Positions 36,309 through 49,896 of a DNA stretch of 64,000 bases are shown here, in pieces. Location of the stretch: contig NW_003314323.1 in NCBI RefSeq assembly GCF_000143415.4, positions 1 through 64,000 of the forward strand, written 5' to 3'. Under the pieces are notes generated by a model that was given only the letters and a program-made list of their open reading frames with translations, was not told the origin of the DNA and did no database searches. Numbering within the stretch: position 1 is the first letter of the stretch; the number at the start of each line of letters is the position of its first letter. This stretch comes from Selaginella moellendorffii. Its lineage: Eukaryota > Plantae > Lycopodiophyta. A program made the translations under genes and the position numbers.

Positions 36309-36647
36309 GTAACCAGGCACTTTGTACTTTCATGTCTTTTATTTCTCTTACTGAGGCAGGAGATTTGGATCACAGGTTTTTAATAAGTCATTGCTGGCCA
36401 AATTAGCGTGGACAATGAAAGTAGAACCCAACTTCAGATTTTGTGAGGCTGATGGTGGTGCGGAAGAAGACCCTTGATTCTTTGAAATATATATTGTCTC
36501 CGGTATGCTTCCTCGTTCCCACTGGCTAGAAGTAGAGAGAAAAACTTGGAAGAAGGTGACTCCCCTCTGTCAATATAACGTCAACACTTGCGAGACTCTA
36601 TCTCAGTCTTGATATCATGGTCTCACTGTGAGAACTAGAGGATAACA

Positions 36648-39600
36648 TCACGGACGAGTGGAGCTGAAGTAGGATCCAGGTAGTTGCAAGCTGAAGCTTC
36701 TGGAGTTACCATCACTTGAAGGTGGTGGCATCAAGAACGTCGATGTTACCTTCGAGCATATCCAGGACGTTTCTCATAGAGGGGCGGATTGCTGCCTCGA
36801 GTTGGATGCACCACAGTCCGATTTTCACGTACCTCTTGGCATCCTTGAGCTCCAAGCCACTGCTAGTGCTGGCGAGATCATTGTCCAGGAGCTTGTTGTC
36901 AATAAGCTCGATGACGTTGCCACTGTGAAACATGCTCAGCGCAGTTTCACCCAGGAAGCGCGGTTGTGAGGAGGATGAGGAGGAAGAGGAGGATGGAGGA
37001 TGGAACTGGATGGTGCGCTTGGAGCTGACGAGCTCGAGCAGCACGATTCCAAAGCTGTAAACGTGACTTTGGTGTGGAGCCACTCGGGTGCCATGTATCC
37101 GGGAGTTCCTCGCATGACAGTCACCACTTGGCTCTTTCCCCACTCGGCGAGCTTGCTCAGGCCAAAGTCGGAGATTCTGGCTCGTAAGTTCTCGTCCAGG
37201 AGGATGTTTTGAGGTTTGATATCCAGGTGAAGAACTTGCTTCCGGCATCCTTCATGGAGGTATGTGAGTCCTCGAGCAACATCTATCGCGATTGAGTGTC
37301 TCTGGTTCCAGTTTAACAGCAGATTTGCTGATCCGCCACCTTTGTCATCATCGTTCTTGGTGAAGATCCACTTGTCCAGTGATCCATTGGGCATGAACTC
37401 GTAGACAAGCAATGCAGCTGGTCCCTGGATGCAGAATCCCCGGAGCTTTACGAGGTTGAAGTGGTGAATGCTGCCAATGGACATTACCTCGGCCTTGAAC
37501 TGCGAGTGCCCTTTTGACGAGCCTTGGATCTTTACGTCCATCTTCTTGACAGCAACGAGGCTCCCATCCGCAAGCTCTCCTTTGAAGACGGATCCAAATC
37601 CTCCAGCTCCAAGCGTGAGCTCGGGATCAAAGTTTCTAGTTGCCATCTTCAAGTCGTGATAGCTAAACTGGTGTGGAAGTATCTCATCGAGCCTCATTCC
37701 TTCGATGAGCGCTTGCTTTTCCATGCGCCTCCTCCGAGATCTTCTCCACTTCCTGGTTGCTACGAAGATTACGACGCTAAGCACCACCCTGGCCACAGTG
37801 CTTGCTACCCCAGCGATCACTCCCTCATAATTCTTTTTGCTTCGAATGGACAAGATTACTATGTCTCATTCCAGGTGATATTTCTCAAGCTGGATCATAC
37901 CCAAGCTTCCTCCACACTTGCTCGTTCGCAGCCACAGCGTTTGGAGCACAGGGCTCCGTGAACGAATGATCGCTGAGACACCCGTTTGGGGAGTAGCATT
38001 CAGCCACCATTCTAGCGACCACAGTCCGTCTGTTTGGAGCTAAAACTTGGATGTTTTTCAAGCACAAGCTTCGGTCTTGGCTATACCTGTTAGGCGCCAG
38101 CTTTGACTACGTGGTCAACGTCGGTCAAAGGGAGGCTCAAGCGTATATTAAGGCATGTTAGGGTAAGGGACTTAACCTACCCTAGGGCTCACAGTGGAGC
38201 GGCGGTGCAGTGGAGCTTTTGAGGTAGCTCGGGGGTGGTTGGGTGGTGAGGAACCTCAAGAGGTGGCGTAGCATAGTCTAGGGCAACTAGATCTTTGTCT
38301 TTTTGCGCCGGATCATAACATTGGTATCAGAGCATTGGTTGCGATGGCCGACCAAGCTGAACGCTGCAATCCTATTGTCGATGGTGGTGCCGACGAAGCT
38401 GTGGAGATTTGGACCATTCAAGATGTGGTTCATGAGCTGCGAGCCCTTAATAAAAATTAGCAAGAGATGCAAGACAAGATGCATGGCATGATGGATACCA
38501 TGCGTGGGCGTGTTGAGGCACTCGAGGCTGGACGGGGTAGCGCTCCAAGTAAGCCTTCTTTGGTAGATCGACTCAAGATTCCAACCTTTTCCGGTGATGG
38601 TGGTGTGGACGAGTGTCTCGCTTGGCTAGCTAATGTGAAGAAGTTCTTGGCTGCTAGAGGAACTCCAGATGCAGAGGCTTTAGTGGCTATTCCGATGGTT
38701 TTGCGTGATGCGGATCTTCGATGGTGGAATTGGCTTGAGGAGTCCCGTGTTGCGGATAAGAAACCACCAGTGTCTACCATGGATGAGTTTGAGGCTGCTT
38801 TCCGTTTACGTTTTGCCCCTCATTACGACGTGGAGAATGCTCGTACGGAACTTTGACATTTCCAGCAAGGGAAAATGACGCTCGGGGACTATATTGAGAA
38901 GCTTACTCACTTGATTAGTCGTGTTCCAACGAAGGATCCAGATCAAAACAAGTCCTACTTCATTGATGGCCTACATAGTGAGAGCATGCGGCAACCCTTG
39001 CGTCATTCTCAGCCTACAAAGAGTTTGGAGGAGCTCTTTGATGCGGCTCGTCGACTTGACAATGACAAGCACAAGTCTCGCAAGCGTTCGCGGAGTCCTT
39101 CTATCGAGAATCGTCGTGATGATCGCCGTGGACACAAGGATGGGAACAAGCATCACAAGTTGAAGTCGGTGGTGACTACTTCAGATGCAAAGGGGTCCAA
39201 GAAGCAGAAGTTCTTTATGAAGAATTATAGACAGGGTTGTCATCATTGCGGCGAACTTGGACACTACAAGGCTGATTGTCCGCAGTTGAAGAACAAGCAG
39301 CAGGACAAGAAGAATGGCCAATCTTCTTCTCACGGTAAGTCCGATACTAAAAAGTTGCAAACTTTGCAGCGTGAGGATGAGGAGAACGACCATTCCGGTC
39401 GGAGGAAGAGACTTTCGATCGTTGCTCGTCAGCTCAACTGTGTGTGGAACAAGATGGAGCTCGAGGATACGCGTGAATCAGCTTTAATGCTGGAGGGCGT
39501 GTTCCGTGGCGATCCAGTGCGGAGTTTACTGGATAGTGGGAGCGATGACAACTTTGTTTCGGCAAAGTTTGTTGCGGAGCATGGCCTGGTCACACGTGGA

Positions 39601-42600
39601 GTTCTTCCATACACAGTGGAACGTGCAGCCACCTCTACTCAACATTTCGATGCTTGTGTCGAGGGGCTGGAAGTGTTGGTTGGCAAAACCACACTTGTGG
39701 AGACTTTTTATCTCGCGGATATCCATCATGTGGACCTCATTCTTGGGATGCCATGGTTGGTGAAGGTGGATCCAGAGATAAAGTGGAGCATTAAGCGTAT
39801 CTCGCTGGAGTATGGTGGCGTTAAAGATGTGTGGTTTGGCGAGGGCGTTCAACCACCAATTGTTATGCTCTCTGCTACATCTTTGAAGCGGGCTTGTCGT
39901 AATGGAAAAGCACTTTCAAGTTACTTGCTGTTTGTTCGTGACTTGGGGGACCAAGGCACGTGTGTGGGAGAAGCAGCAGTACGGGATGTACTTGATGAGT
40001 TTTCTGATGTTTTTCCATCTGAACTTCCTCATGGATTGCCTCCATTACGAGGTGTGGAGCATGGGATTACATTGGAGCCAGGGATGCGGCCAATTTACCG
40101 GCGTCCATTTCGGTTAAGTTATGCGGAGGAGCAATAAGTTCAACGACAAGTCAAGGAGTTACTTGAGTTTGGATTTATTCAGCCAAGTAAATCTCCATTT
40201 GGTGCTCCGGTCTTGCTTGTGAAGAAGAAAGATGGTTCAATGTGGATGTGTATTGACTACCGTGCTTTAAACAAGAAGACAGTGAAGGACAAGATGCCGA
40301 TGCCACGTGTGGATGATATCCTGGACAAGCTTGGTGAAGCACGAGTGTTTACCAAGATTGATCTGAGGAGTGGATATCATCAGATTGCAATGGATGATGC
40401 ATCTATCTCCAAGACGGCATTCAACACAAGCTTCGGACATTTTGAGTTTACCGTTATGCCGTTTGGTTTGACGAATGCACCGGCCACATTTACTCGGTTG
40501 ATGACGGAGGTATTTGGGCATTATCTTCATGAGTTTGTGGAGATTTTCTTGGACGATATTCTTGTTTTTAGCAAGAATATGGAGGAGCATAGGGTGCATT
40601 TGCGCAAGGTTCTTTTGTTACTTCGAGATAGCAAACTTTATGCGAAGAAGAGCAAATGTGAATTTGCAAAGTCAGAGGTGGAATATCTAGGCCATATTGT
40701 GACATCTAAGGGTGTCAAGACGGATCCAAGGAAGGTGGCTGTGGTGGAAAACTGGCCTACACCGACTACAGTGGCCGAGTTGCGCAGTTTTCTTGGTATG
40801 GCTAGTTACTACCAACATTTCCAGCATAAGTTTGCAGAGGTGGCTATTCTTTTGATGCGGTTGTTACGCAAGAATGTGCCATTCGAGTGGAAGACGCCAC
40901 AAGAGGAGAGTTTTGTGGCGCTGAAACGATTGTTGAGTGAGGCTCCAGTGCTTCGCATTGCTGATCCATCGAAACCTTACGAGGTGACTTGCGATGCGAG
41001 TGGTTATGCACTGGGAGGAGTTCTCATGCAAGAGGGACAGCCTATTGCATATGAGAGTCGAACTTTGAATTCCGCGGAGCAATGCTATTCCACATATGAG
41101 CAAGAGTTACTCTCTATTGTTCATGCTTTGCGGACGTGGCGGCACTATCTTTATGGTGCAGTGTTCATGGTGTTGACAGATCACAAACCACTTGTGTATC
41201 TTTTCACACAGAAGGAGTTGAACACTAGGCAAGCTCGTTGGATGGTCAAACTCATGGAGTTTGGGGAGTTTCCTATTGAGCATCGTCCGGGAAAATCAAA
41301 TGTGGTGGCAGATGCTTTATCTTGTGTTCATCATGTGACGATGTTACGAACACGATTTTGTCATCATTTGAGTAAGGTGGTCAGCAAGTTTGGGCAGTTG
41401 GTTGAGCATGCTCAGGCTCAGGATGCTGAGGTGGCCTCTATGCCAGCCCAAATGGAAGCCCCTTTCTCATTGGTGGATGGGATTCTCTACTACAATGGCC
41501 GTGTATATTTGCCACGGGTGGATGCATTAATTACTCAAGTTTTATTCCACTATCATGATCGTCCAGAGGCCGGTCATTTTGGGGGGAAGAAGACGTATGA
41601 GTTGATTAAGCGCAACTTTTATTGGAGGAATATGAAGGCTGATATCCTCAAGTATTGTAAATCATGCGAGCTTTGTTAGCAGGTTAAGGTGCCACGGGAG
41701 AAGCCGGGGGGACTTTTGCAACCTTTACCTATTCCTCAGAGCCGTTGGTGTAGTATCTCTATGGACTTCATCACTTGTTTGCCACGAACACAAAGGCAAA
41801 AGGAGCAAGTATGGGTCATAGTAGATCGGTTGACGAAGTATGTGCGGTTGTTGGCTCTTCGGAAGATTGTCACTGCCTCAGACTTGGCTGCAGTTTACTT
41901 GGAGAAGGTTTTTCTTGATTTTGGTTTGCCAGAGGACATCATTAGTGATCGAGATTCAAAGTTCACCTGGAAAAGCTTTGCAAAGGCTATGCAAGTGACT
42001 TTGAAACTCTCGAGTGGAGATCATCCTCAGACGGATGGGCAAACTGAGCGTGTGAATCAGGTGGTGGAGGATATGCTACGTTGTAGCATTGGTCAAAGGC
42101 AAGGACAGTGGGATCTATATCTTCCGTTGGTGCAATTTGCTTACAACATTAACCAACACAGTGGAACCAAGCTAAGTCCTTACTTTGCCATGTTTGGAAG
42201 GCATCCTCGAACAGCGGTGGAGTTGGGATTGCATTTGAGTAAGGACGTTCAAGATAAGCTTGATTCCGAGGCAACTGATCTGGCCACAGAACTTGATGAG
42301 ATTCTGGTGGTGTGCAAACGGAATTTGCAAGCAGCTCAGGATAGAGCGGAGAAGTTTGCCAATGAGCATCGCCAATTCCAGGAATATAAGGTGGGTGATC
42401 TCGTTTTTGTGCGAGTGATCTTTCCGTCAAGTGAGCGGTGGAACACCTTGGTGCATTTACGGACAGGGAAGAGTGATAAACTCTCCCATCGATATGCTGG
42501 TCCATATGAAGTGCTGGAGCGCATTGGTAAAGCGGCTTATCGGGTGCGGCTACCAGTTGGGGTGAAAATTCATCCGGTATTTTATGTCAGCTAGTTGAAA

Positions 42601-43425
42601 GGTGTACTATCTCGGAGTGATGGGCCCAATGCCTCCTTGATGTATACGGCTGTGGAAGATGGACTAGGAGCTTGAGCAGGATTCCCCAGAAAGGGTGATC
42701 ACCAGTACAACTCGTCCTTGGGACAAGGACTTTGTTGGGTTGTTAGGCTCCAGCTTTGACTACGTGGTCAACGTCGGTCAAAGGGAGGCTCAAGGGTATA
42801 TTAAGGCATGTTAGGGTAAGGGACTTAACCTACCCTAGGGCTCACAGTGGAGCGGCGGCGCAGTGGAGCTTTTGAGGTAGCTCGGGGGTGGTTAGGTGGT
42901 GAGGAACCTCAAGAGGTGGCGTAGCATAGTCTAGGGCAACTAGATCTTTGTCTTTTTGCACTGGATCATAACAATACCATCCAGTGGCCAGCGCTGCCAT
43001 GGGTTCCATATTCCATTCCGAGTACGTACACGGCCTGAGAGACCTCGGATTTGAGAGGTTGAAGCTTGTGACATAGAGGACGGCATTGTTGGTCCCTTGT
43101 AAATTTGGAGAGCAGGTGAAAGTCCTGTAAGCCAAGCCTGGGATGCAGCAATTCGGGAAGTCTGGAGCGATGGTGGCATTGAAATTAACGCTGGAGATGG
43201 GCTTGCAAGCTTCGGAATCGCTGAGATATGGCTCGGATTGATTGCTCGATAGGTAGCAGGATGAATTGCGGAGTGAACGGTTGCCGCTGAGCATGGGCTC
43301 CGGGAAACAAAGAGATCCATTCGGGCAGTCGCTTAACGAAGAACATACCTGTTGTTGGGCTTGCGAGTGGAGCTCCTGGTGCTACATAGCACGATCATGA
43401 AGCACATGAGAATCGACACCTCCAT
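36648..43425 (-). pseudogene. RLK-A copy 3: split by an LTR element and frameshifted
   Basis: 36648-38087 and 42974-43425 are colinear with RLK-A, with small frameshifting deletions. Confidence 0.92.
38088..42973 (+). mobile_element. Full-length Ty3/gypsy LTR retrotransposon, no chromodomain seen
   Basis: 233-bp LTRs 38088-38320 and 42741-42973 (6 mismatches by eye); TSD ATACC; PBS TGGTATCAGAGC; gag CHHCGELGHYKADC, protease LLDSGS, RT FLDD, RNase H, INT with GPY; single frame broken by 4 stops; PPT partly deleted. Confidence 0.97.
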
Positions 43426-43950
43426 AGTTTGGTAAATACCACTGTTCTTGGGCACCTGGAAACCATAGAAAATCAGAGACTCTGACATCATGTAAATCTC
43501 ATTAGTGTCTCTTCGGCCCACAGACTTAAAGTTTGGCAGCTGGCTGCAGGTATCTTTCAGTGTCAAGGTTTTTCTGGGCTGGCAGAATAAAAGAGCAATT
43601 CCTCCAACGGACCCTCGCAATGCTTTAACGAGTCAAAAGCCTGCCAAGTCTAGCTCCACATGAGACCGCAAAAGACTTCAGACTTTTTCTAGAGCTTTCA
43701 AACCAGTTTACCCGCGAGAGGTTTGCAATTCCAGCCATGGATCATCGCAGCAGCACTTTCTTCGTGGATTCTCAGTGGAGACAGCCAGAGAGAGTTTCAC
43801 GTATCCAGAGGAACGAGGCGAAGACGATGGGTGGTCCCACAACAGACGCGGTATACACACACCACATGGCACGGCGATGCATGGCTCCTATAAAAGCTAG
43901 TGCTCCGAGGTCATGCAATAATTATATAGCCAGCAGCGCTGCATTCATTC

Positions 43951-44527
43951 ATGGCTAAAAATCATCGATCTTCCGCTTCTCTTGTGCTCTTTTTCGCTTG
44001 CATGGCTCTGGGATTCTCAGTGGAGGCAGCCAGAGAGAGTTTCACGTACTACTGGACTGTAGAGGAGAGTGTTCTATGCGGCAACGAGGCCTCAAACACA
44101 GAAATCAAGGAATGCAATGGTAACGCGATAGCTTCCGTCTGTGGCAGTTTCAGTTCAGAAATCCACGTCGAGGGTGCTGGAAGGTTGAAGGACGGGCGCT
44201 ACGTGAATTGTGAAGACAACGATTGCACCTGCTACTTCGTGACTCAAGGGCAGTTGAGAGAACGACTTGCAGCTTTACGTGTCTATCGCTCTTCCAGATG
44301 CACATCTCAAGATAGATCTGCTCCAAGGCTTAGCGCTTCCCAACGGCAGGCAACACAATGGATGTGTTCGGGTGGATGATGCCTGCACGAAAGACAATGA
44401 ATGCAACATGGACTTCTACGTGGGATCTGAGAGTAACTACCATAATATTGAGCATGAGCTACAGGATGCTGAATCATGGGATGCCAATATTGATCCGAAC
44501 TGCCAGATCCAAGACTATGGCAGCTAG
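43951..44527 (+). pseudogene. Second 3D-domain gene copy, frameshifted
   Basis: Near-identical to 21777-22394 with deletions near 44245 and 44300; TATAAAA at 43889. Confidence 0.88.
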
Positions 44528-44742
44528 ATTGGAAATGCTTGCATATTATAAGATTTGGTTTGCTATTGAGACTAATAAACAGCTCATCTATTTTTATCTC
44601 TTAGCAGCAGGTCGATTTAAATGTATTGTTCTGATTCTGAAATCAGCATTGGTCTTTCGCGAAAAAGAAAGAGAAGCGGCAGATTGGTGATTTCTAGCCA
44701 TGAATTGAATGCACTGTACAATTCTTCCAGCATTCGTCATTT

Positions 44743-44805
44743 CCACTTTTAGGGTTGGCATCGCCATGCCGTGTATAGCAAATCATCTGCCAACCCTAAA
44801 AGTGG
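44743..44805. repeat. Perfect 18-bp inverted repeat CCACTTTTAGGGTTGGCA
   Basis: Arms at 44743-44760 and 44788-44805. Confidence 0.9.
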
Positions 44806-44847
44806 TTTCATTCTTTTTCTCTGTGTCATCTCAATGAGGACACAACA

Positions 44848-44940
44848 TACCTTTCTTGAAATAGTCTATAGCATCATATACCTCTTTGTTTACAACTACA
44901 GAGTCTTGATACCCAGTGGAGTCTTTACCCAGAAAATCAA
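44848..44940 (-). pseudogene. TOP1: TOP1 single-exon fragment (copy d)
   Basis: FDFLGKDSTGYQDSVVVNKEVYDAIDYFKK. Confidence 0.75.
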
Positions 44941-44989
44941 ATTGTAAATATGTGAACCATACATAGATCACAAAACAATGATGATGTTG

Positions 44990-47350
44990 AAGAAGTTCCC
45001 AAAGCTTTTCATAAACTCCTATGAGAAGGTGCGGCAAGTGGATAGATTCCAATCAAACAAGGACCAAAGCCAGTGGCTCAAAAGCTATACAAGTTAGTTT
45101 GATATTGTCTCTAAATTAATGAAGTTAATAAAAGCTGACTTCATTTTTGAAGTGGAGAATTCAGATTGGGTGTCACCTGTTATAATAGCACTAAAGAAGG
45201 GAGGGAAATGGAAAGTATATATCAACTATAAAAAGTTGAATGATGTTAAATGATGTGATCATCATATCATTTCATTCATGGACAAGATCCTTGATAAAGT
45301 AGCATGGCATGAGTGGTACACTTTTTGTGATGGATACTCAAGATATTTTCAAGTTTGAATTTAGGCTCACAAATGCACCAACAATATTTCAATGACTCAT
45401 GAACAAGATCTTTGAACTCTAGCTTGGCAAGTTCATTAGTATACCTTGACGACTTTTGCATATACAGAAACTAAGTAACTCATTTGGAAAAGGAACAAAT
45501 AGCATTTGAAAGGCTAGATGAATCAAAAGCTTGCCTAAATCTGGAGAAATGTCAAATTGCAAGCACAAAAGATATATTGATTGGTCATATAGTCTTGAAG
45601 GAAGGAATTAAACCAAGCCAAGATAAGATACAAAAGTTGGTGGAGATGCCTACTAAAAAAGGTATGACAGTTTGTAGGACTGGCAAGTTATTATCAATGG
45701 TTTGTTGAGGGATTTGCTGAAATAACATTTCTTTTAAACAAGCTTTTACAAAAAGGAGAAAGCTTTAGTTGGATAATAGAGTGTCAAGAAGCATTTGAAA
45801 ACTTGAAGCAGGTGCTAAGCCCCGATTTTGGTAGCACCACATTGGGATGAGACTTTCTATGTGAACATATTCTATCACAGCAATTCTATTCCAAAAGGGG
45901 AGTAGAGGATATTGGCTAACAACTTCAAGGACTTGAGTTAGGTATTCACTTTTGGAGAAGCAAACTGCAAATATCATATATACGGTAGAGAAATTCAAAT
46001 GCTACTTGTGGGGAAGGCATTTTATGTTCCTCATAGATAATACTATATTAAGGTATATTGCAAATAAGCTAACACTTGTTGAGAGGCTTTCCAGATAGAT
46101 GACAACTTTAGTAGAGTATGATTTTGAGTTTTAACATGAGAAAAACACTCGAGTAGGATTGATTAGAGCTTTGGATTATAAAATACCTCTAAAGAAAAAA
46201 GAGATCAATCTATGCCAGAAAAAAGATCATGAAGTCTTAACAATGAGTGTTGATATGGAAAAATATTAGGATATTTACAACTTTTTGGGAATAGGTAGTT
46301 TTCTAGAAGGTTGTAAAGGCATTGAGAAGCAAAAAATTATATGTAAGTTAAATGATCAACTTTATAAAATTGGACAAGACAGTGTGCTTTAAAGAGAAGT
46401 TGGACAAAATGAATGAAAAGGGATCATGAAACAATGTCATGAAGGATATTATGGTGGACAGTTCTCCCATATTTATACAGCCAAGAAGATTGTGAATGTA
46501 AGATATTTTTGGCCAACATTATTCCAGGACATGAAGGAATGGTGCAAGTTATATTACATCTATTAGGCCTTTAGAAGAAAAATCCTTCAACTAAGAAGTC
46601 TCCATCTAATTTTGCCGACAAGACCATTTGAGAAATGGGGGATAAATTTTGTAGGACTAGTTCCAGTGGCATCAAGTTAGACCAAGGCTCACACTTCTGC
46701 AATGAGATGGTTAAAACACTAATAAGGAAGCTATTAATAAAACATTGATAGTCAACATCATACTATCCATAAGCTAACGGGTTGGCAGAGAGAACAAATG
46801 GTGTATTATGTAACATTCTAAGAAAACTAACTGCCAAGAAGAATAAAGATTGGGACAAATGGCTATCAATAGCATTATGGGCTTATAAAACCATACATAA
46901 GCTAACAATAAACTTCACTATTTTCTAGCTAGTTTATGGGATAAAAGCTATACTTCCAATTAATTTGGAGATCCCAACTCTATGATTAACACTAAAGCAT
47001 GAACTAGATGACAATGAGGACTTGTAATTAAAGCTTATTTAACTTGAGGGGATGAGAATCAATGTCAAGTTTTTCAACATATAGAAGCAATTTAATAGCA
47101 AAGAAAGCACAGATTTAATAAAAAAAATTATAAAGGCTTTTCAGGTTGGCAATTTTGTTATGAAGTATGATAGCAGGATTAACAAAAAAGTTTCTTTTGT
47201 GATGGTATGGCCCATATTAAATTGTTGAGGTTAACAATAATGGATCATACTTGCTAGCAGATCTTGATGGAGAATAACATGACACCCAAGTAAATGGATA
47301 TACACTAAAAATGTTCTATGTTCATCTAAAAGACAACATTACCATTGGGT
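44990..47350 (+). mobile_element. Third and most complete decayed copy of the Athila/Tat-like pol
   Basis: RT, RNase H and INT remnants homologous to 30620-32460; followed by ~2.5 kb of AT-rich sequence. Confidence 0.78.
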
Positions 47351-49896
47351 TATAAACAACCCACATAGCTTACAACCATATGGCTTGTTTAGGTGGGATT
47401 ATGTGATAGGAAAATTTTTTAACTAAAAATGCCATATACAAAGTATATATATGCAAAACCATCCCTTTATACCTCTACCTTACTATTCTATCACCACCTT
47501 TTCTCTATGAATTAATATTTGAAGTCAAAATAAAAAACAAGTCAAACCAAATCCTTTTACGACTACTCTCTCCTTTTTATATTTTATATTTGTCATATTA
47601 CCCATCCACCTTACTCTATCACAAACCTTATCTTCCACCACCTTTATAAAATGATGTGTTATATAACTTCTACATTTAAGCATACCCTCCAACTTTACAA
47701 AGATTTCTGCCACCATTTAAAAATAGTTTTTTGTGTAACCTATGCATTAAAAATGGTCATCTAAATCTACCACCTTTAATACACCAATATTTTATGATAT
47801 CAACAACAAAACATAAAATATAATCTAAGGACTATATAAAGAAGAGCCCCTAATGACACCAAAGCATTAGAGCATAGAGTGTGAAGTGATTCTAGTCTAA
47901 GTTTTCTCTTCTAGTTTTGTAATGTTCTTTTTTTGAGTCCTACTTAAAAAATATAAAAATTAGGACTTAGTAGAAATCCCTCTCCTCTATTTTTCTCTCA
48001 ATGCACAAAGCATACAAAGATGATGTGTTACTAGCCACTAATTTCAGACACAACAACCTCATGATGGCATGGAGAGAGGTTGAAGAATCAATGTGATTTT
48101 TATCAACTCTTTCACCAAAGATCTACTTTTGATCATGTCATTGTTCTGTAAATTTCCCCAAAGAAGAATATGATAAGGAATTCTACAAGTGGATGATGCC
48201 TGGTGATCATGTGGAAAGTACTAATGGATCCTAAAGAGCACTTAGTGGAGTATGAAACATAAATCATAGAGGAAATCATCTAAGGTTTTGCTATAGAGAA
48301 ATTGCAATGTATGTGATCATAGGATGAGATTTAAAAATACTATCATTGTGGATTCTTGGAATCTTTGGGGATAAATAAAGATAAAATAACCACAAAGGGC
48401 TCTTTCATTAAACAATTGGCGTTTTTTTAGTTAGCTTAAGAGGAGAGAGATAAAATATGGTACATATGGTATCAAAGCAAATGGCACAAGTTCAATCACT
48501 ATCATATCTATTTGACATTACTACATTAGTGTCAAATATTCCATTTGGAGTCACTATACTCATCCTCACTCCATAATTTATATTATTTATCCTCGCTTCA
48601 CTATTGTATTTCAATCCACCATCAAGGCTAGACTCATATATATCCTCTCTACTTTCTCTAAAGAAAAAATAAAGTTTGAAGTGTTAAAACAAAAAGGAGA
48701 AATTGAGAAAAATTAAGAAAGAAACATTGTGGAAAAAGAAAAAAATGAATAAAAAAGCATCAAAAAATGAGCTGTCAAGCTAGAAATGGGAAAATAAAAA
48801 ATTCTTAAATCAATAAAAAAAACCTTTTTATAAGCTCTGAAATTTAAACTTTAAACCTAAGGACACTTAACCCCATTAATCGATTGAAAAAAGGGGAAGG
48901 GTTGCATTTTTATTCATGGGCTCTTTCTTTGTATACTTGAATCCTTTATAAATTGTCTTTTGAGTATTCTTTTTGGTTACTAAACCTTTAAAAGAAGTGC
49001 ACTTTTTTTCATAGGCTTTTTCTCTATATTTGAACCTTTTATAGATTGTTTTTTGAGTTAATTTCTTTGGTTACTTACACTTCTATTATAAAAGATTATT
49101 TAAGTAGAAATGTTGGATAACAAAGGATATTTTGTTATAAAATACATTAGCAAAAATGAGAAAAAAAGGACTTATACACTCAACATTTGAGACAAGAAAA
49201 TTAAAGGAAAATTCCACACTTCAAAGGAACAAAAGAACTCTTTAGCAATAACAATAAAATAAAAATTATTAGTGACATATACAATCTTTGGGAAAACTCA
49301 CTTAACTCAAAACTTTGATAAAAGTGACTTAACACCTAAAACAATGGAATACTCAAAACTTATATAATCAACTTATTAAGATAAGAAAATCTTATAGATA
49401 AAGAAAAAACAAAAGGAATATGAAAAGGTGGCTCAATTTAAGAAATAAAAATGGTTAAGAAGTCAAAAAGAAAATACTCAATAACAAATTGAAAGGTTGA
49501 CACTTGGAAAATTTTCTAACTCATCTCTAACTATCTTTATAATAATCATGCCATTCATCACAATCCAAAATCCATTCAAGCTTATACATATTTTTTTCTT
49601 ATAAACTTGATCTTTAAATATTCTCCAAGAACTAGATTGCATTATCCATAGTTCTCTAATCAATATGTCAATATGACAATCATATTCCACACCAACAGGA
49701 GATATTTTCCTTGATATTCTTTGTTATAAGATCTATAAGTATATGTATATATACTCTAACTAGGTAATACCCTAATTATAGTACTATAGCATATAGACCC
49801 TTTATTTAGCATTGAATATGGTACATGCATTCTTGTATATAAATAAGACCTCAATTAATATAACTATTCATATATTTCAAGCACTCACATTGGTCC

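Noticed and set aside
49881-49894. GCACTCACATTGGT, identical to the LTR-end/PBS junction near 51152
   Set aside because: Only 14 bp match and upstream sequence does not clearly align; at most an old LTR remnant.
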